A stretch of DNA of 64,000 nt from an uncultured delta proteobacterium (GTDB taxonomy: Bacteria > Desulfobacterota > Binatia > UBA9968), in contig CAWJBB010000087.1 in the NCBI GenBank assembly GCA_963840855.1, forward strand, positions 32,001 through 96,000, in the 5' to 3' direction. Below the pieces are notes generated by a model that made no database searches, was not told the DNA's origin, and saw only the letters and a list, made by a program, of their open reading frames with translations. This document shows, piece by piece, positions 39,884-49,796 of the stretch. The position numbers were made by a program, and so were the translations under genes. Each line of letters begins with the position of its first letter. Position 1 is the first letter of the stretch.

Positions 39884-41134
39884 ATGCTGAGCCACGAGGA
39901 AAACGATTTTCTTACGCGGGTGGGCCGCGGCACTCCCATGGGAGATCTGCTGCGGCGCTATTGGTACCCGGTGGCGGCAAGCTCAGAGCTGATCGATCGC
40001 CCGGTAAAGGCCGTGAAAATTCTCGGGGAAAACTTGGTTCTTTTTCGCGACAAGCAGGGTCGGCCCGGACTGGTCGGATCACAATGCGCGCACCGGCGCA
40101 TGTCGATGGCCTTCGGCATTCCGCAAAACGAAGGGCTCCGCTGCGCCTACCACGGCTGGCTCTATGGCCGTGATGGAAAGTGTTTGGAGCAGCCCTACGA
40201 GCAGGCGGAAGATCCGCAGAGCACGTTTAAAGACCGCGTTACCATTCCCGCTTACCCCGTTCAGGAACTCGGCGGATTGCTCTTCGCGTACCTGGGGCCC
40301 CGGCCCGCGCCGCTCTTGCCGCGCTGGGATCTATTCGTTCGTGAAGGCGTCTTGCGCGACATCGGCTCAGCGGTGATTCCGTGCAACTGGCTGCAAATCA
40401 TGGAAAACTCCCTCGACCCCGTTCACGTCGAGTGGCTGCACCAGCACTTCTTCAATCACGTTCAGGAACGGCTTGGTCGCTCGGATGCCATCAAAGGCAA
40501 GCCGGTGAAACACCAGAAGATCGCCTTCCGGGTGTTCGAGCACGGCATCATCAAAAACCGCTTGCTCGAGGGCGAAACCGAAGACAACGAAGACTGGAAA
40601 GTGGGACATCCGGTGCTTTTCCCCAACATTCTTCTGAGCGGCAGTACGCAGCGGCCCACGTTCCAAATACGCATTCCGGTCGACGACACGCACACACGGC
40701 ATATCTGGTACACCTGTTATGCGCGGGACGATGTCAAAGAACCGCAGGAGGTTGTGCCGTATTACGAAGTGCCGGTGCCAAGCGTCGACAAGGACGGCGA
40801 ACCGGAGTGGGCGCTGCTCGACAATAACAGCGGCGAAGACATCGCGGCGTGGGTGACGCAAGGTGAGATCGCCGACCGGTCGGAGGAAAGACTCGGGCTT
40901 TCGGACAAAGGGATCATTCTTTATCGCCAATTGTTGAAACAAGAGTGTGAAAAAATGCAGCGCGGGGAAGATCCGATAAACGTCTTTCGCGATCCGGCGA
41001 AAAACGTTTTTCTCAAGCTCCGCCTCGAAGACGCCAAACTCAACAGCGGCAGCTTCCGCGCCGGCCCGCGCCGGCAAGGCGGGGCGACGAAATATAGCCC
41101 GGTTCTTGATCAGGAACAGCAGGATGCAAAATAA
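39884..41134 (+). CDS. Rieske oxygenase alpha subunit (copy 2)
   Basis: Near-identical to 29119. Confidence 0.9.
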   Translation: MLSHEENDFLTRVGRGTPMGDLLRRYWYPVAASSELIDRPVKAVKILGENLVLFRDKQGRPGLVGSQCAHRRMSMAFGIPQNEGLRCAYHGWLYGRDGKCLEQPYEQAEDPQSTFKDRVTIPAYPVQELGGLLFAYLGPRPAPLLPRWDLFVREGVLRDIGSAVIPCNWLQIMENSLDPVHVEWLHQHFFNHVQERLGRSDAIKGKPVKHQKIAFRVFEHGIIKNRLLEGETEDNEDWKVGHPVLFPNILLSGSTQRPTFQIRIPVDDTHTRHIWYTCYARDDVKEPQEVVPYYEVPVPSVDKDGEPEWALLDNNSGEDIAAWVTQGEIADRSEERLGLSDKGIILYRQLLKQECEKMQRGEDPINVFRDPAKNVFLKLRLEDAKLNSGSFRAGPRRQGGATKYSPVLDQEQQDAK

Positions 41135-41241
41135 CCGTTCCAATCGTTCCAGGGGTTCCAGTAGTTCCAATCGTGGTCCCATGGGCGCTTGATCTAAGCG
41201 CCCAGGTAAGATATCAATTCAGCCGCGTAAGGGGGGTCACT

Positions 41242-42979
41242 ATGTCGAGGTCAGAAACAGCAGCCATCGGCAAGCTTGCCGGATGGTCGTTCTTCCGATT
41301 GGACAGCGGCACCGCCCTGATGACGGTGCTCATCGGCTTCATGGGATTTTACGTTTGCTATCCTTTGATCTTGATTATCATTAACAGTTTTAACACCGCC
41401 ACCATCGCCGAGCCTGAGGTTTACGGCCTGAAAGCTTGGAAAGAGGCGTTTAACGAACCCGGCATTTGGCGCTCTCTTTGGAACAGCGTAAAAATCGGCA
41501 TCGTCCTGCAAATAATTGCCCTGCCGAGCGGTATTTTCGTCTCCTGGTTGCTGGCGCGCACGAATATTTATTTCGCCAACGCCTTTGAATTCGGCTTTTG
41601 GGTCTCGTTTTTTCTGCCGAATCTCGCCACTACCTTCGGTTGGATGTTGCTGCTCGATCCGAGCACGGGTTTGATCAACAATTGGCTGCGCAGCGTGCCC
41701 TTTCTCGGAGGACTGAACTTCGACATATATACCTTTTGGGGGATTATCTGGGCGCACATCATGGCCAACGCCATTTCCACCAAAGTCATGCTCATGACGC
41801 CGGCGTTCCGGCGCATGGACGCCTCAATGGAAGAAGCGAGCCGGATGTCCGGCGCGAGCGCGCTGACGACGATGCTGCGCATCACCGTGCCGGCCATGAC
41901 GCCGGTGATTGTGGTCGTGTTCCTGCTCAGCGTGATCCGCATCTTCAGCAGCTTTGAAACCGAGCTGTTGCTCGGCGTGCCCTGGGGCTTTTATGTTTAT
42001 GCCACGAAGATCGTCGATCTCGCCCGCCAGGAACCGCCGCTGGTCAATCAAGCGGCGGCGCTGGGCAGTGTCATCCTGGTTTTTCTCGTCCTCTTCATTC
42101 CGATCCAACGCCGGCTCATCGCGCGCCGGCAATTCACCACGGTGACCGGCCAATTCAAACCCAAAATAATCGATCTCGGCGTGTGGCGTATTCCGGCGAC
42201 GCTATTCGTCGGCTTCGTTGTCTTCTTGTTGACTGTGGTGCCAATTCTCAGCGTATTCGGCGGCAGTTTCATGACCCGCTTTGGTTTTTTCAATCTCCCG
42301 AAAACCTGGACGATGGAATATTGGAGGATGGCGCTGAGCCGATCCGCGAATTATTCAAGGTCTGCAAAATACTCTAATCACCGCTTGTAGCGCCGCTATC
42401 TTCGGGGCGTTCTTCTTTTCTCTCGTGGGCTACGTCCTGGTGCGGACTAAATATCCGGGACGGGGGATCCTCGATTCAATTTGCTGGTTGCCGTCGGCTA
42501 TTCCGGGCGTGCTCTCCGGTCTTGGTCTGCTCTGGATGTTTCTCGGCACGCCTTTTTTCCGGCCCTTCTACGGGACTCTTTTCCTCTTGGTCATTGCGGT
42601 CGTCCTGGGCGGAATCACGCTATCGACACAGATTCTCAAGGCTAACTTCGTTCAGTTGGGCCAAGAGTTGGAGGAAGCGAGCCGGATGTCCGGGGCCGGC
42701 TTCTGGCGCACCTATTTCACAGTGGTCTTCCCGCTGATGGCGCAGACCATGGTGTTGGTGGCCGTGTTGAAATTCACGATGGCTGCTCAGAACGCGTCGA
42801 GTATTATTCTTCTGGCGACCTCGGAAACGAGAACACTGTCGTTGTTGGTGCTTGACCAAGTGGCGGCCGGCTACCGCGAGGTAGCCAGCATTACGGTGAT
42901 TTTCATCGTGCTGCTCACATTGGGCGTGGCCTTGGTGGCCAGGTCGTTCGGGCTTAAAGTTGGTATTCGGGCGGAGTGA
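41242..42979 (+). pseudogene. ABC permease copy 2, +1 frameshift near 42337
   Basis: ctgagccgat here vs ctggccgat in copy 1. Confidence 0.85.
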
Positions 42980-43137
42980 TTACAGATATTAATCGGACGG
43001 CCGAAGATCGAGGATGGAAGCCTGCCCTGAGCCGGCCGAAGGGATCGAAGATTGAAATGGGGCGATCCTCTATCATCAATCCTCGATCCGCATTTCTAAG
43101 TGACGCTTCGTTAAGGGTCTGGCAAGGATCAGAGCAC

Positions 43138-44253
43138 GTGAGTTTTTTGCGCATTCAAAACCTCTGTAAAACCTTCGACCGCGTGGTCGCGGTTGATCGC
43201 ATCAATCTCGAGATCGCCGAAGGCGAATTTTTCACTCTGCTCGGCTCCAGCGGATGCGGCAAGACGACGACCCTGCGCATGGTCGGAGGCCTGGAAAAAC
43301 CCGACGGCGGCGAGATTCATTTGGGTGATCAATGCCTGGTTTCCGGCGAGAAGAATCTATTTATCAAACCGGAAAAGCGCAACATGGGCATGGTTTTTCA
43401 ATCCTACGCCTTGTGGCCGCACATGACCGTATTTGAAAATGTCGTTTATCCGCTGAAACTGCGCGGCATCAGGGGAAGCGCCGCGGAGAAAAAAGTCGCC
43501 GAAGTGCTTGAGCTGGTTGGGCTGGGAGGTCTGGAGGACCGGCCGGCGCCAGCATTGAGCGGCGGACAGCAACAGCGGGTAGCGCTCGCCCGGGCATTGG
43601 TATTCTCGCCGAAAGTGTTGTTGCTTGATGAACCGCTGAGCAATCTCGACGCGCAACTGCGCGAGGAGATGCGCCGGGAGTTAAAAGCGCTGCAGCAGCG
43701 TGTCAATGTCACGGTGATTTTCGTCACCCATGATCAAATCGAAGCGCTGAGTTTGTCCGATCGGATCGCCATCATGAAGTTCGGCGTCCTCGAACAGGTC
43801 GGCACGCCGGTAGAAGTTTACTATCATCCGGCGACCCCGTTCGTGCGCGATTTTCTAGGGAAAACGTTTTTGCTTCCGGGCAAGGTCCAAAGCGCCACCG
43901 ATCAACTGATCAACGTGGAGATTCTGCAGCATGCCGCTACTCCGCTCGTTATCCAACGCAGGAGTGCCTCTTTGTCCGACAACGGGTCTCTGGCCGTCGG
44001 TCAGTCCGTAATGGTCGCTATCCGCCCCGAGCAAGTCGAGTTGTGGGGGAGCTTGCCGGAGGGACGGGCCAACATGATTCAAGGGAATTTACAGGCCGTC
44101 CACTTCCTGGGCGATCGTTACGAGTACACCGTCGCGCTCGGCTCCGAGACCCGCGTATTGGTTTCCCCCGCATCGCAGCAATTGAAAGCCGGCGAAAAAG
44201 TGTTTCTTGAACTCAAGTCCGAAGGCATTTCCCTCTGGCCGCACCAGGGTTGA
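43138..44253 (+). CDS. ABC transporter ATP-binding protein, PotA/FbpC-like with TOBE-type tail
   Basis: Walker A and B, LSGGQ signature, H-loop VTHDQ, C-terminal FLGDRYEYTV. Alternative start 42976. Confidence 0.92.
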   Translation: MSFLRIQNLCKTFDRVVAVDRINLEIAEGEFFTLLGSSGCGKTTTLRMVGGLEKPDGGEIHLGDQCLVSGEKNLFIKPEKRNMGMVFQSYALWPHMTVFENVVYPLKLRGIRGSAAEKKVAEVLELVGLGGLEDRPAPALSGGQQQRVALARALVFSPKVLLLDEPLSNLDAQLREEMRRELKALQQRVNVTVIFVTHDQIEALSLSDRIAIMKFGVLEQVGTPVEVYYHPATPFVRDFLGKTFLLPGKVQSATDQLINVEILQHAATPLVIQRRSASLSDNGSLAVGQSVMVAIRPEQVELWGSLPEGRANMIQGNLQAVHFLGDRYEYTVALGSETRVLVSPASQQLKAGEKVFLELKSEGISLWPHQG

Positions 44254-44468
44254 TCGCCGCCGCGGCGGATCTCGAATGGCAAATCTGATATCTCAGATTT
44301 AGCATGCAACCGCGTGATGAATTGCCCTCGACCATGACGTTACTGCGCCGTACGGTTCTTGTCGCATTCCTGATTCTTAAACCCTAGCGGGTTAGACGTG
44401 CTCGTTTCTCGTGCTCGAACTCTGACGAACACGAGCCACGAACACGAACAACGAATTGGGAGTAGAAT

Positions 44469-45695
44469 ATGATCAGCAAGGAAGATAACGAGCGGCTCAC
44501 CCAGGTTAGAGCCGGGACTCCCATGGGCGAGCTTTTGCGCCGCTACTGGCATCCCATCGCGGCGGTGTCGGAACTGGCGCGCCATCCGACCAAGTTCGTG
44601 AAAATCCTGGGCGAAGAACTCGTGTTGTTCAGAGACGCTCGAGGAAAGCTCGGCTTGATCGATGCTTACTGCGCGCACAGAAGAGCGAATTTGGTTTACG
44701 GCATCGCCGAGGAGGATGGTTTGCGCTGTCCCTACCATGGCTGGAAATATAACGGCGCGGGACGCTGCGTTGAGCAGCCGTTCGAGGAAACCGTTGATCG
44801 GGGTTTCAAAGACAAAATTCAATTGGCTAGTTACTCGGCCGAGGAGTTGGGCGGTCTGATCTTCGCTTATCTCGGGCCCAAGCCCGCGCCGCTGGTGCCG
44901 CGCTGGGATTTGTTAGTCGAGGAGGGGTCCTGGCGCGAAGTCGGAACCACGGTCACAGCCTGCAACTGGATGCAGACCGTCGAAAATATACTGGATCCGG
45001 TTCACGTCGAGTGGCTGCACGGCGTTTTTCGCAACTATGCGGCGGAACGCACGGGGAAACTTGAGATGCAGCGCAAACGCATTCGCCATCGGAAGGTCGC
45101 CTTCGATGTCGCCCGGTACGGCATCATCAAGCGGCGCTTGATCGAGGGCGAGACGGAGGACGCCGACGATTGGAAGATCGGCCACTGGCTGGTTTTCCCG
45201 TCCGCGCAGAAGGGCCCCGACATGTTGCGTTTTCGCGTGCCCATCGATGACGGCCACACGGCGCAGTGGTATTACTCGATTCATCCACTGGAGGAAGGAG
45301 AAACCCAAACCGCGGCGGAAATGCCGCTCTACGCCATGCCCTCGCCGGTGTTGAATGAGCATGGGCAGCCGCGCTTTGAATTCCTCGACAACGAGGTCGA
45401 TCCCCAGGACAACGCCATCTTCGCATCTCAGGGAATCGTTTATGATCGGACCAAGGAGCTATTGGGCGAGTCGGACCGGGGCATCGTGCTTTTCCGTCAC
45501 GTACTGGAGAATCAGATCAAACTCATGGAGTCGGGAAAAGATCCCATGAACGTTTTCCGCGAACCAGAGAAAAACATCCGTTTAGATTTGCCAACCGAAA
45601 GCCGAGAGAAGTTTCTGACGGGGCGTTTGGGCGCCAGAATACGTTACTCGGACCGCTTCAGGGCTCTGCAAAACCGAATTGGGCCGCTGGGATAA
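44469..45695 (+). CDS. Rieske oxygenase alpha subunit
   Basis: CAH..CPYH; ENILDPVHVEWLH; QD. Confidence 0.9.
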   Translation: MISKEDNERLTQVRAGTPMGELLRRYWHPIAAVSELARHPTKFVKILGEELVLFRDARGKLGLIDAYCAHRRANLVYGIAEEDGLRCPYHGWKYNGAGRCVEQPFEETVDRGFKDKIQLASYSAEELGGLIFAYLGPKPAPLVPRWDLLVEEGSWREVGTTVTACNWMQTVENILDPVHVEWLHGVFRNYAAERTGKLEMQRKRIRHRKVAFDVARYGIIKRRLIEGETEDADDWKIGHWLVFPSAQKGPDMLRFRVPIDDGHTAQWYYSIHPLEEGETQTAAEMPLYAMPSPVLNEHGQPRFEFLDNEVDPQDNAIFASQGIVYDRTKELLGESDRGIVLFRHVLENQIKLMESGKDPMNVFREPEKNIRLDLPTESREKFLTGRLGARIRYSDRFRALQNRIGPLG

Positions 45696-45700
45696 CGGAT

Positions 45701-45807
45701 TAACAGCCGTTCATGGTTCGAGAGCCTCACCACAAACGGTTGTGCCTTGACCGTTCACCCTGAGCTTGTCGAAGGGTTCTTCGAAATTAAACGTCAATCA
45801 ACTGTTA
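45701..45807. repeat. palindromic element between convergent gene blocks
   Basis: taacag..ctgtta ends; ccgttcatggttcgagagcctcaccacaaacgg and ccgttcaccctgagcttgtcgaaggg. Confidence 0.6.
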
Positions 45808-45846
45808 CGGGCGCCTAGTTTCAGTTCGCTCGCTTGCTGCGGAATT

Positions 45847-47231
45847 CTAAATGCGCAGCTGCTCGGTCAGCTCGCGCATAGTGGACAGCTGCTCGATGGA
45901 CATGACTTGATTCATCAACGCCTGCGCTTTTTCCTGACTTATCAGGCGCAGCGCGTTGTAGCGATATTTCTCTTGGACATCCGCACCGGACACCGGGTTT
46001 TCAACGTGGCCCGGGTGTATGTGCTGTCGTTCTTCGTAGACTTTGCCGTCTTTGGTCTTTAAGAAAACGTGGCCCGACGCGTATTTCGGCCGGCCGCTGT
46101 TCGGGTCGTCTTCCCGCCGGATTTTGGCTGAAAGTTTCAACACAGCGGGTTCTTTCAAGGCGTCCTCGTCGAAATCCGCCAATGCAAGCCGTCCTTTCAG
46201 CAACGCAACTGCGGCGATATAAGGGGTCGAAAAATGCGCGCCGTACTCGCCCTGGGGCGTTTGCTGGGCAAAAACTTGCTCGCCGCCGCTGCTGCGCGGG
46301 ACGATCTCCCATGCGCAGGCGGCACTCGACGTCGACGATATCATCGGCGTTAAAATGATAACGGTTGTGCAGGTTGACACACGCGCGCACCGTCGCTTGA
46401 AGCGCGCCGGCGCATGGATAGGGCTTGAATTCTGCCCGGTTCAGTTCCCAGTCGCGGCCGATACCGTCGAGCGCGGAGTGGACGTCAAAACTGTCCTCCC
46501 CTACGTGGGTCGCGTAGAAGCCTTTTGATCCCTCCAGTGCCGTCCGCGGCGCCGTGAAACCTTCGCGCGCCAGCAGTGCGCCGACGACCGCGCCATGGGA
46601 CGCCCAGCCGGGTTGAAATCGCTTCGACCAACTACCGTCCGACTGCCACTCCATGTTCCCCGATCCTTGACTTCCGGCCAGGCCGAAGGCGTTGGTCAGT
46701 TGCTCATGAGTCAATCCCAATAGCCGCCCCGCCGCCGCCGCGCCGCCGAACACCCCGCACACCGCCGTCGGATGATACCCCCGTCCGTGCATGGCGTGGA
46801 CGCGCGGCCCACGAGCGACGCGCAAGGACACTTCGAAGCCAACGGCGCAGGCGGTAATAAAATCTTTGCCGGATAATCCCAGCCATTCGGAAGTCGCCAA
46901 CGCCGCCGGCATCACAACTGAAGTGTTGTGAATCACCAGCGGATGATGCGTATCGTCGAAGTCAAAGGCATGAATGAGCATGCCATTGAGTAGGGGCGCA
47001 CTTGTGACCGGGAGCTTTTCCTTAACGCCAACCACCGTTGCGTCGGCGCTCTGCCCCAGGGCGCGCAGCGCTTTCAACGTCTTGCCGGCAAAGTCCTCGC
47101 GCGCCGCGGCCAGAGCCAAGCCGACGCCATCCAAGATCAGCAACTTGGCTTTTTCCAATACGCTATGCGGAAGCGAATCGATCGTTTGTTCCAAGGCAAA
47201 TTCGGCAAGCGACTTCGGTGCAGGTTGCCAT
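45847..47231 (-). pseudogene. MmgE/PrpD family protein, two apparent frameshifts (about 47212 and 46290)
   Basis: HAFDFDDTH, RGYHPT, SKRFQPG, FKPYPC, GHVENP; RBS gagga before ATG at 47231. Confidence 0.85.
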
Positions 47232-47259
47232 GCTTTAGATCCTCTGCTGTCGGCAATAG

Positions 47260-48411
47260 TTACTTGAGCCCGTATAGTTTCGCCGCATTATCGTGGGTGA
47301 CCTTGCGCCGGACCCTTTCGGACACCCCCCGCAATTCCTGTTCGATGAAGCGCATCGAATCCGGCCAGGTCCCATCCGGATGGGGGTAGTCGGAGCCCCA
47401 CATTACGTTGTCTTCGCCCAGAAGATCCAAGAGGCGCGCACCGACGGCGTCACGTTCGTAGGTGACAAAACCGTTAAGGCGAAAATAATCGCTTGGTTTC
47501 AGCCGCAATCGCAGATGGAAAGATTCCTCTTCCTCATATTCGTAGTCCATGCGCTGCAGGAAATATGGAATCCAGCCGATGCTCGATTCGCCGAGCACGA
47601 ATCTGAATCCCGGATAGCGATCAAAAGCTCCGGAGTAAATGATCGAGGCGAGAAATTGCGCGGAGCCGAAGCGAGACACGGCCTGGCGCACGGCGTTCCT
47701 TACTGTTACATTTTCGTCGTAATGCGAATCGGACGGATTGACGGCGCGGACGTCTTGTCCCTGATTGTGAAACGATATCGGGATGCCGGTATCATCCGCT
47801 GCTTCCCAGACCACATCCCAGTCGCGGTCCCAAATCGGCCGCACGGAATCCGACGCAATCAACTCCGCTCCCGTAAGCCCGAGCTTGGCGATGCGCCGCA
47901 GCTCTTCAGCGCCGGCTTTAGGGTCATGGTTGGGCAGACACGCCAGAGGAGCGAAACGGTCAGGATTAAACTTGCGAAACTGCATGGCGAAATCGTTGTA
48001 GATACGAAAGATCATGCCCATGGCCTCGCCGTCCTGGATCCTGCGGCTCAGTCCCAAAATGCCGTAGATGACCTCGGCTCCGACTCCATCCCGTTCCTGA
48101 TCTTTGATTCTGTGCTCCGGCGACGCCGGCCTGAATACCCCGTTTACGGCATCCGAGTACAGGCCGGTGCGCGCTTTTCTGCGCAGGCGGACCGACATCG
48201 TGACCCGATCGTGTCGCACGTTTTCTCTACCAAGTCCGACATCGCCGACGTAGCGAATGATCTTGCCTTTGTGAACCCAGGCGCGGCCGCTATCCGTGTT
48301 TTCAACTCTGGGCATTCGCTCTTTCCACGACGCCGGCGCCTCGGACACAAAAAGATCGCCGGGTAAATACCAAAAATCCAAATGACAATCAGCGGAAATA
48401 ATCTCTGACAT
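47260..48411 (-). CDS. amidohydrolase family protein (Amidohydro_2-like)
   Basis: ISADCH, DQERDGV, ISFH, ESSIGWIP, MWGSDYPH. Confidence 0.9.
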   Translation of the reverse strand: MSEIISADCHLDFWYLPGDLFVSEAPASWKERMPRVENTDSGRAWVHKGKIIRYVGDVGLGRENVRHDRVTMSVRLRRKARTGLYSDAVNGVFRPASPEHRIKDQERDGVGAEVIYGILGLSRRIQDGEAMGMIFRIYNDFAMQFRKFNPDRFAPLACLPNHDPKAGAEELRRIAKLGLTGAELIASDSVRPIWDRDWDVVWEAADDTGIPISFHNQGQDVRAVNPSDSHYDENVTVRNAVRQAVSRFGSAQFLASIIYSGAFDRYPGFRFVLGESSIGWIPYFLQRMDYEYEEEESFHLRLRLKPSDYFRLNGFVTYERDAVGARLLDLLGEDNVMWGSDYPHPDGTWPDSMRFIEQELRGVSERVRRKVTHDNAAKLYGLK

Positions 48412-48437
48412 CCGAATCCCTCACTTTCGTTGGCAAA

Positions 48438-48577
48438 ATAAACCTCCTCGGAGCAAAGCTCCGAGTATCTTTGCGAAATTCTCCGAAGCCTTCCACCCTC
48501 CTTCGCCAAGGCTACGAGGGTTCTCCTCACCTTCATCCTCGCAGCAAGCTACGAGGTATTCGGCGAAGGAGAATAAA
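48438..48577. mobile_element. possible non-autonomous IS200/IS605-like miniature element
   Basis: Two subterminal hairpins ctcggagc-aaa-gctccgag and cctcgcagc-aa-gctacgagg followed by TATT; no transposase. Confidence 0.45.
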
Positions 48578-48657
48578 TCTTCGCAGCTTCATTTGATCAA
48601 GAGTTTGTTTCTCGAAACTATTACAGCGCCGCTTGCGCCGTCAAGGCTGCGGGTGGA

Positions 48658-49701
48658 TCAACTTCCGGTTCGGACATCCACCTCATCTTCTTTAACCTCG
48701 AAGGCGGTACCGAACTGGGCGGAAACCTGGCGCACATGGTTCAGCAGCGCCGGGGCCTCGGCGGGCTTCAACGGCATGGGCTGATTCTGCTCGTTGATGC
48801 AGCCGGGAACGAAACAAACTTCATTGATTTTGCCGCTTCGTATACGGCAGCGCGCCAGGATGGTGTCTTGTTTTTTGCCCCAGAACGACGGTCCATCGTG
48901 AACGAAGTTGGCGAGGGAATAAAAGATGACTTTTCCTTTATAAACTTCGATGGGCTGCACGAGGTGAGGATGATGGCCGACGACGAGATCGGCGCCGGCG
49001 TCCACGGCAGCGTGGGCCATTTCCGTTTGGTAGCCCACCAGCTCGCCTTTCCCACCGCTATACGGGGAGATTCCCCAGTGCCATGAAACAACCACTACAT
49101 CCGCCCGTTCTTTCGCCGCCGCGATATCCGCGCGCAATGCCTCGACGTCGGCGGTATTGGGAATCGTGTGAACAATGGGCGGCGCCCCCGGCACTTCTTT
49201 CGGTAAAAGCGGAGGCGCCTCGTAGGCGGTGGCAACCCGGACCACCGCGAGGCCTGCCCGTTGCGCGGCCGCGCTGGCGTCTATGGTGCAAACCGAAGTA
49301 CGGCAAACGAAGGCAACCTTGATTCCTTTTCGCTCCACCACGGTAGGACGTCGCGCTTCTTGTAGATTTTTTCCCCCTCCCCCGTAGGCAATCCCGGCTT
49401 TCTCCAGCACCTCGATAGTGCGCAGCAGTCCCTTCACGCCCCGGTACATACTCGGATTGTTAGCGAGATTCATTACATGAAACCCCGCATTCACATACGC
49501 GCCAATCATCCACTCGTCGGTCCGGGGTCCGTGTCCGGCGCCGTCGAGATGTTCGAGATCGGCAACCACCGTCTCGAGATTGCCGAAGGCGATGTCCGCA
49601 GCTCTCAGATATTTTCCCGCATAGGCGAAAGTCGAGTCCGGATCGGGACGTTGAACGTAGACGTCGCCGACCAAAATCAGTTCAACCGTTTCTTCACTCA
49701 T
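48658..49701 (-). CDS. CapA/PGA_cap-like metallophosphoesterase
   Basis: GD, GNLE, LANNP, SWHWG, GHHPH, YSLANF. Confidence 0.85.
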   Translation of the reverse strand: MSEETVELILVGDVYVQRPDPDSTFAYAGKYLRAADIAFGNLETVVADLEHLDGAGHGPRTDEWMIGAYVNAGFHVMNLANNPSMYRGVKGLLRTIEVLEKAGIAYGGGGKNLQEARRPTVVERKGIKVAFVCRTSVCTIDASAAAQRAGLAVVRVATAYEAPPLLPKEVPGAPPIVHTIPNTADVEALRADIAAAKERADVVVVSWHWGISPYSGGKGELVGYQTEMAHAAVDAGADLVVGHHPHLVQPIEVYKGKVIFYSLANFVHDGPSFWGKKQDTILARCRIRSGKINEVCFVPGCINEQNQPMPLKPAEAPALLNHVRQVSAQFGTAFEVKEDEVDVRTGS

Positions 49702-49796
49702 GAAAACTCCTTTTTAATTCTAGCGATTAGGCGACCTCGCATCATTCATCGGCGCACGCCTGGAACATGAACGCTTGCGCCGAACAAATGACCAGT

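Larger units (their letters stand above)
22543..44091. repeat. tandem duplication: copy 1 22543-33325, copy 2 33326-44091
   Basis: Same eight genes in the same order. Junction gggaattta|atagcgaaggagagaaatatg. Confidence 0.95.

Noticed and set aside
45847-47231. Methylcitrate cycle (prpD)
   Set aside because: No prpB/prpC/acnD nearby and three divergent paralogs, so only a family-level call is supported.
48658-49701. Poly-gamma-glutamate capsule locus
   Set aside because: No capB/capC genes and no membrane anchor.
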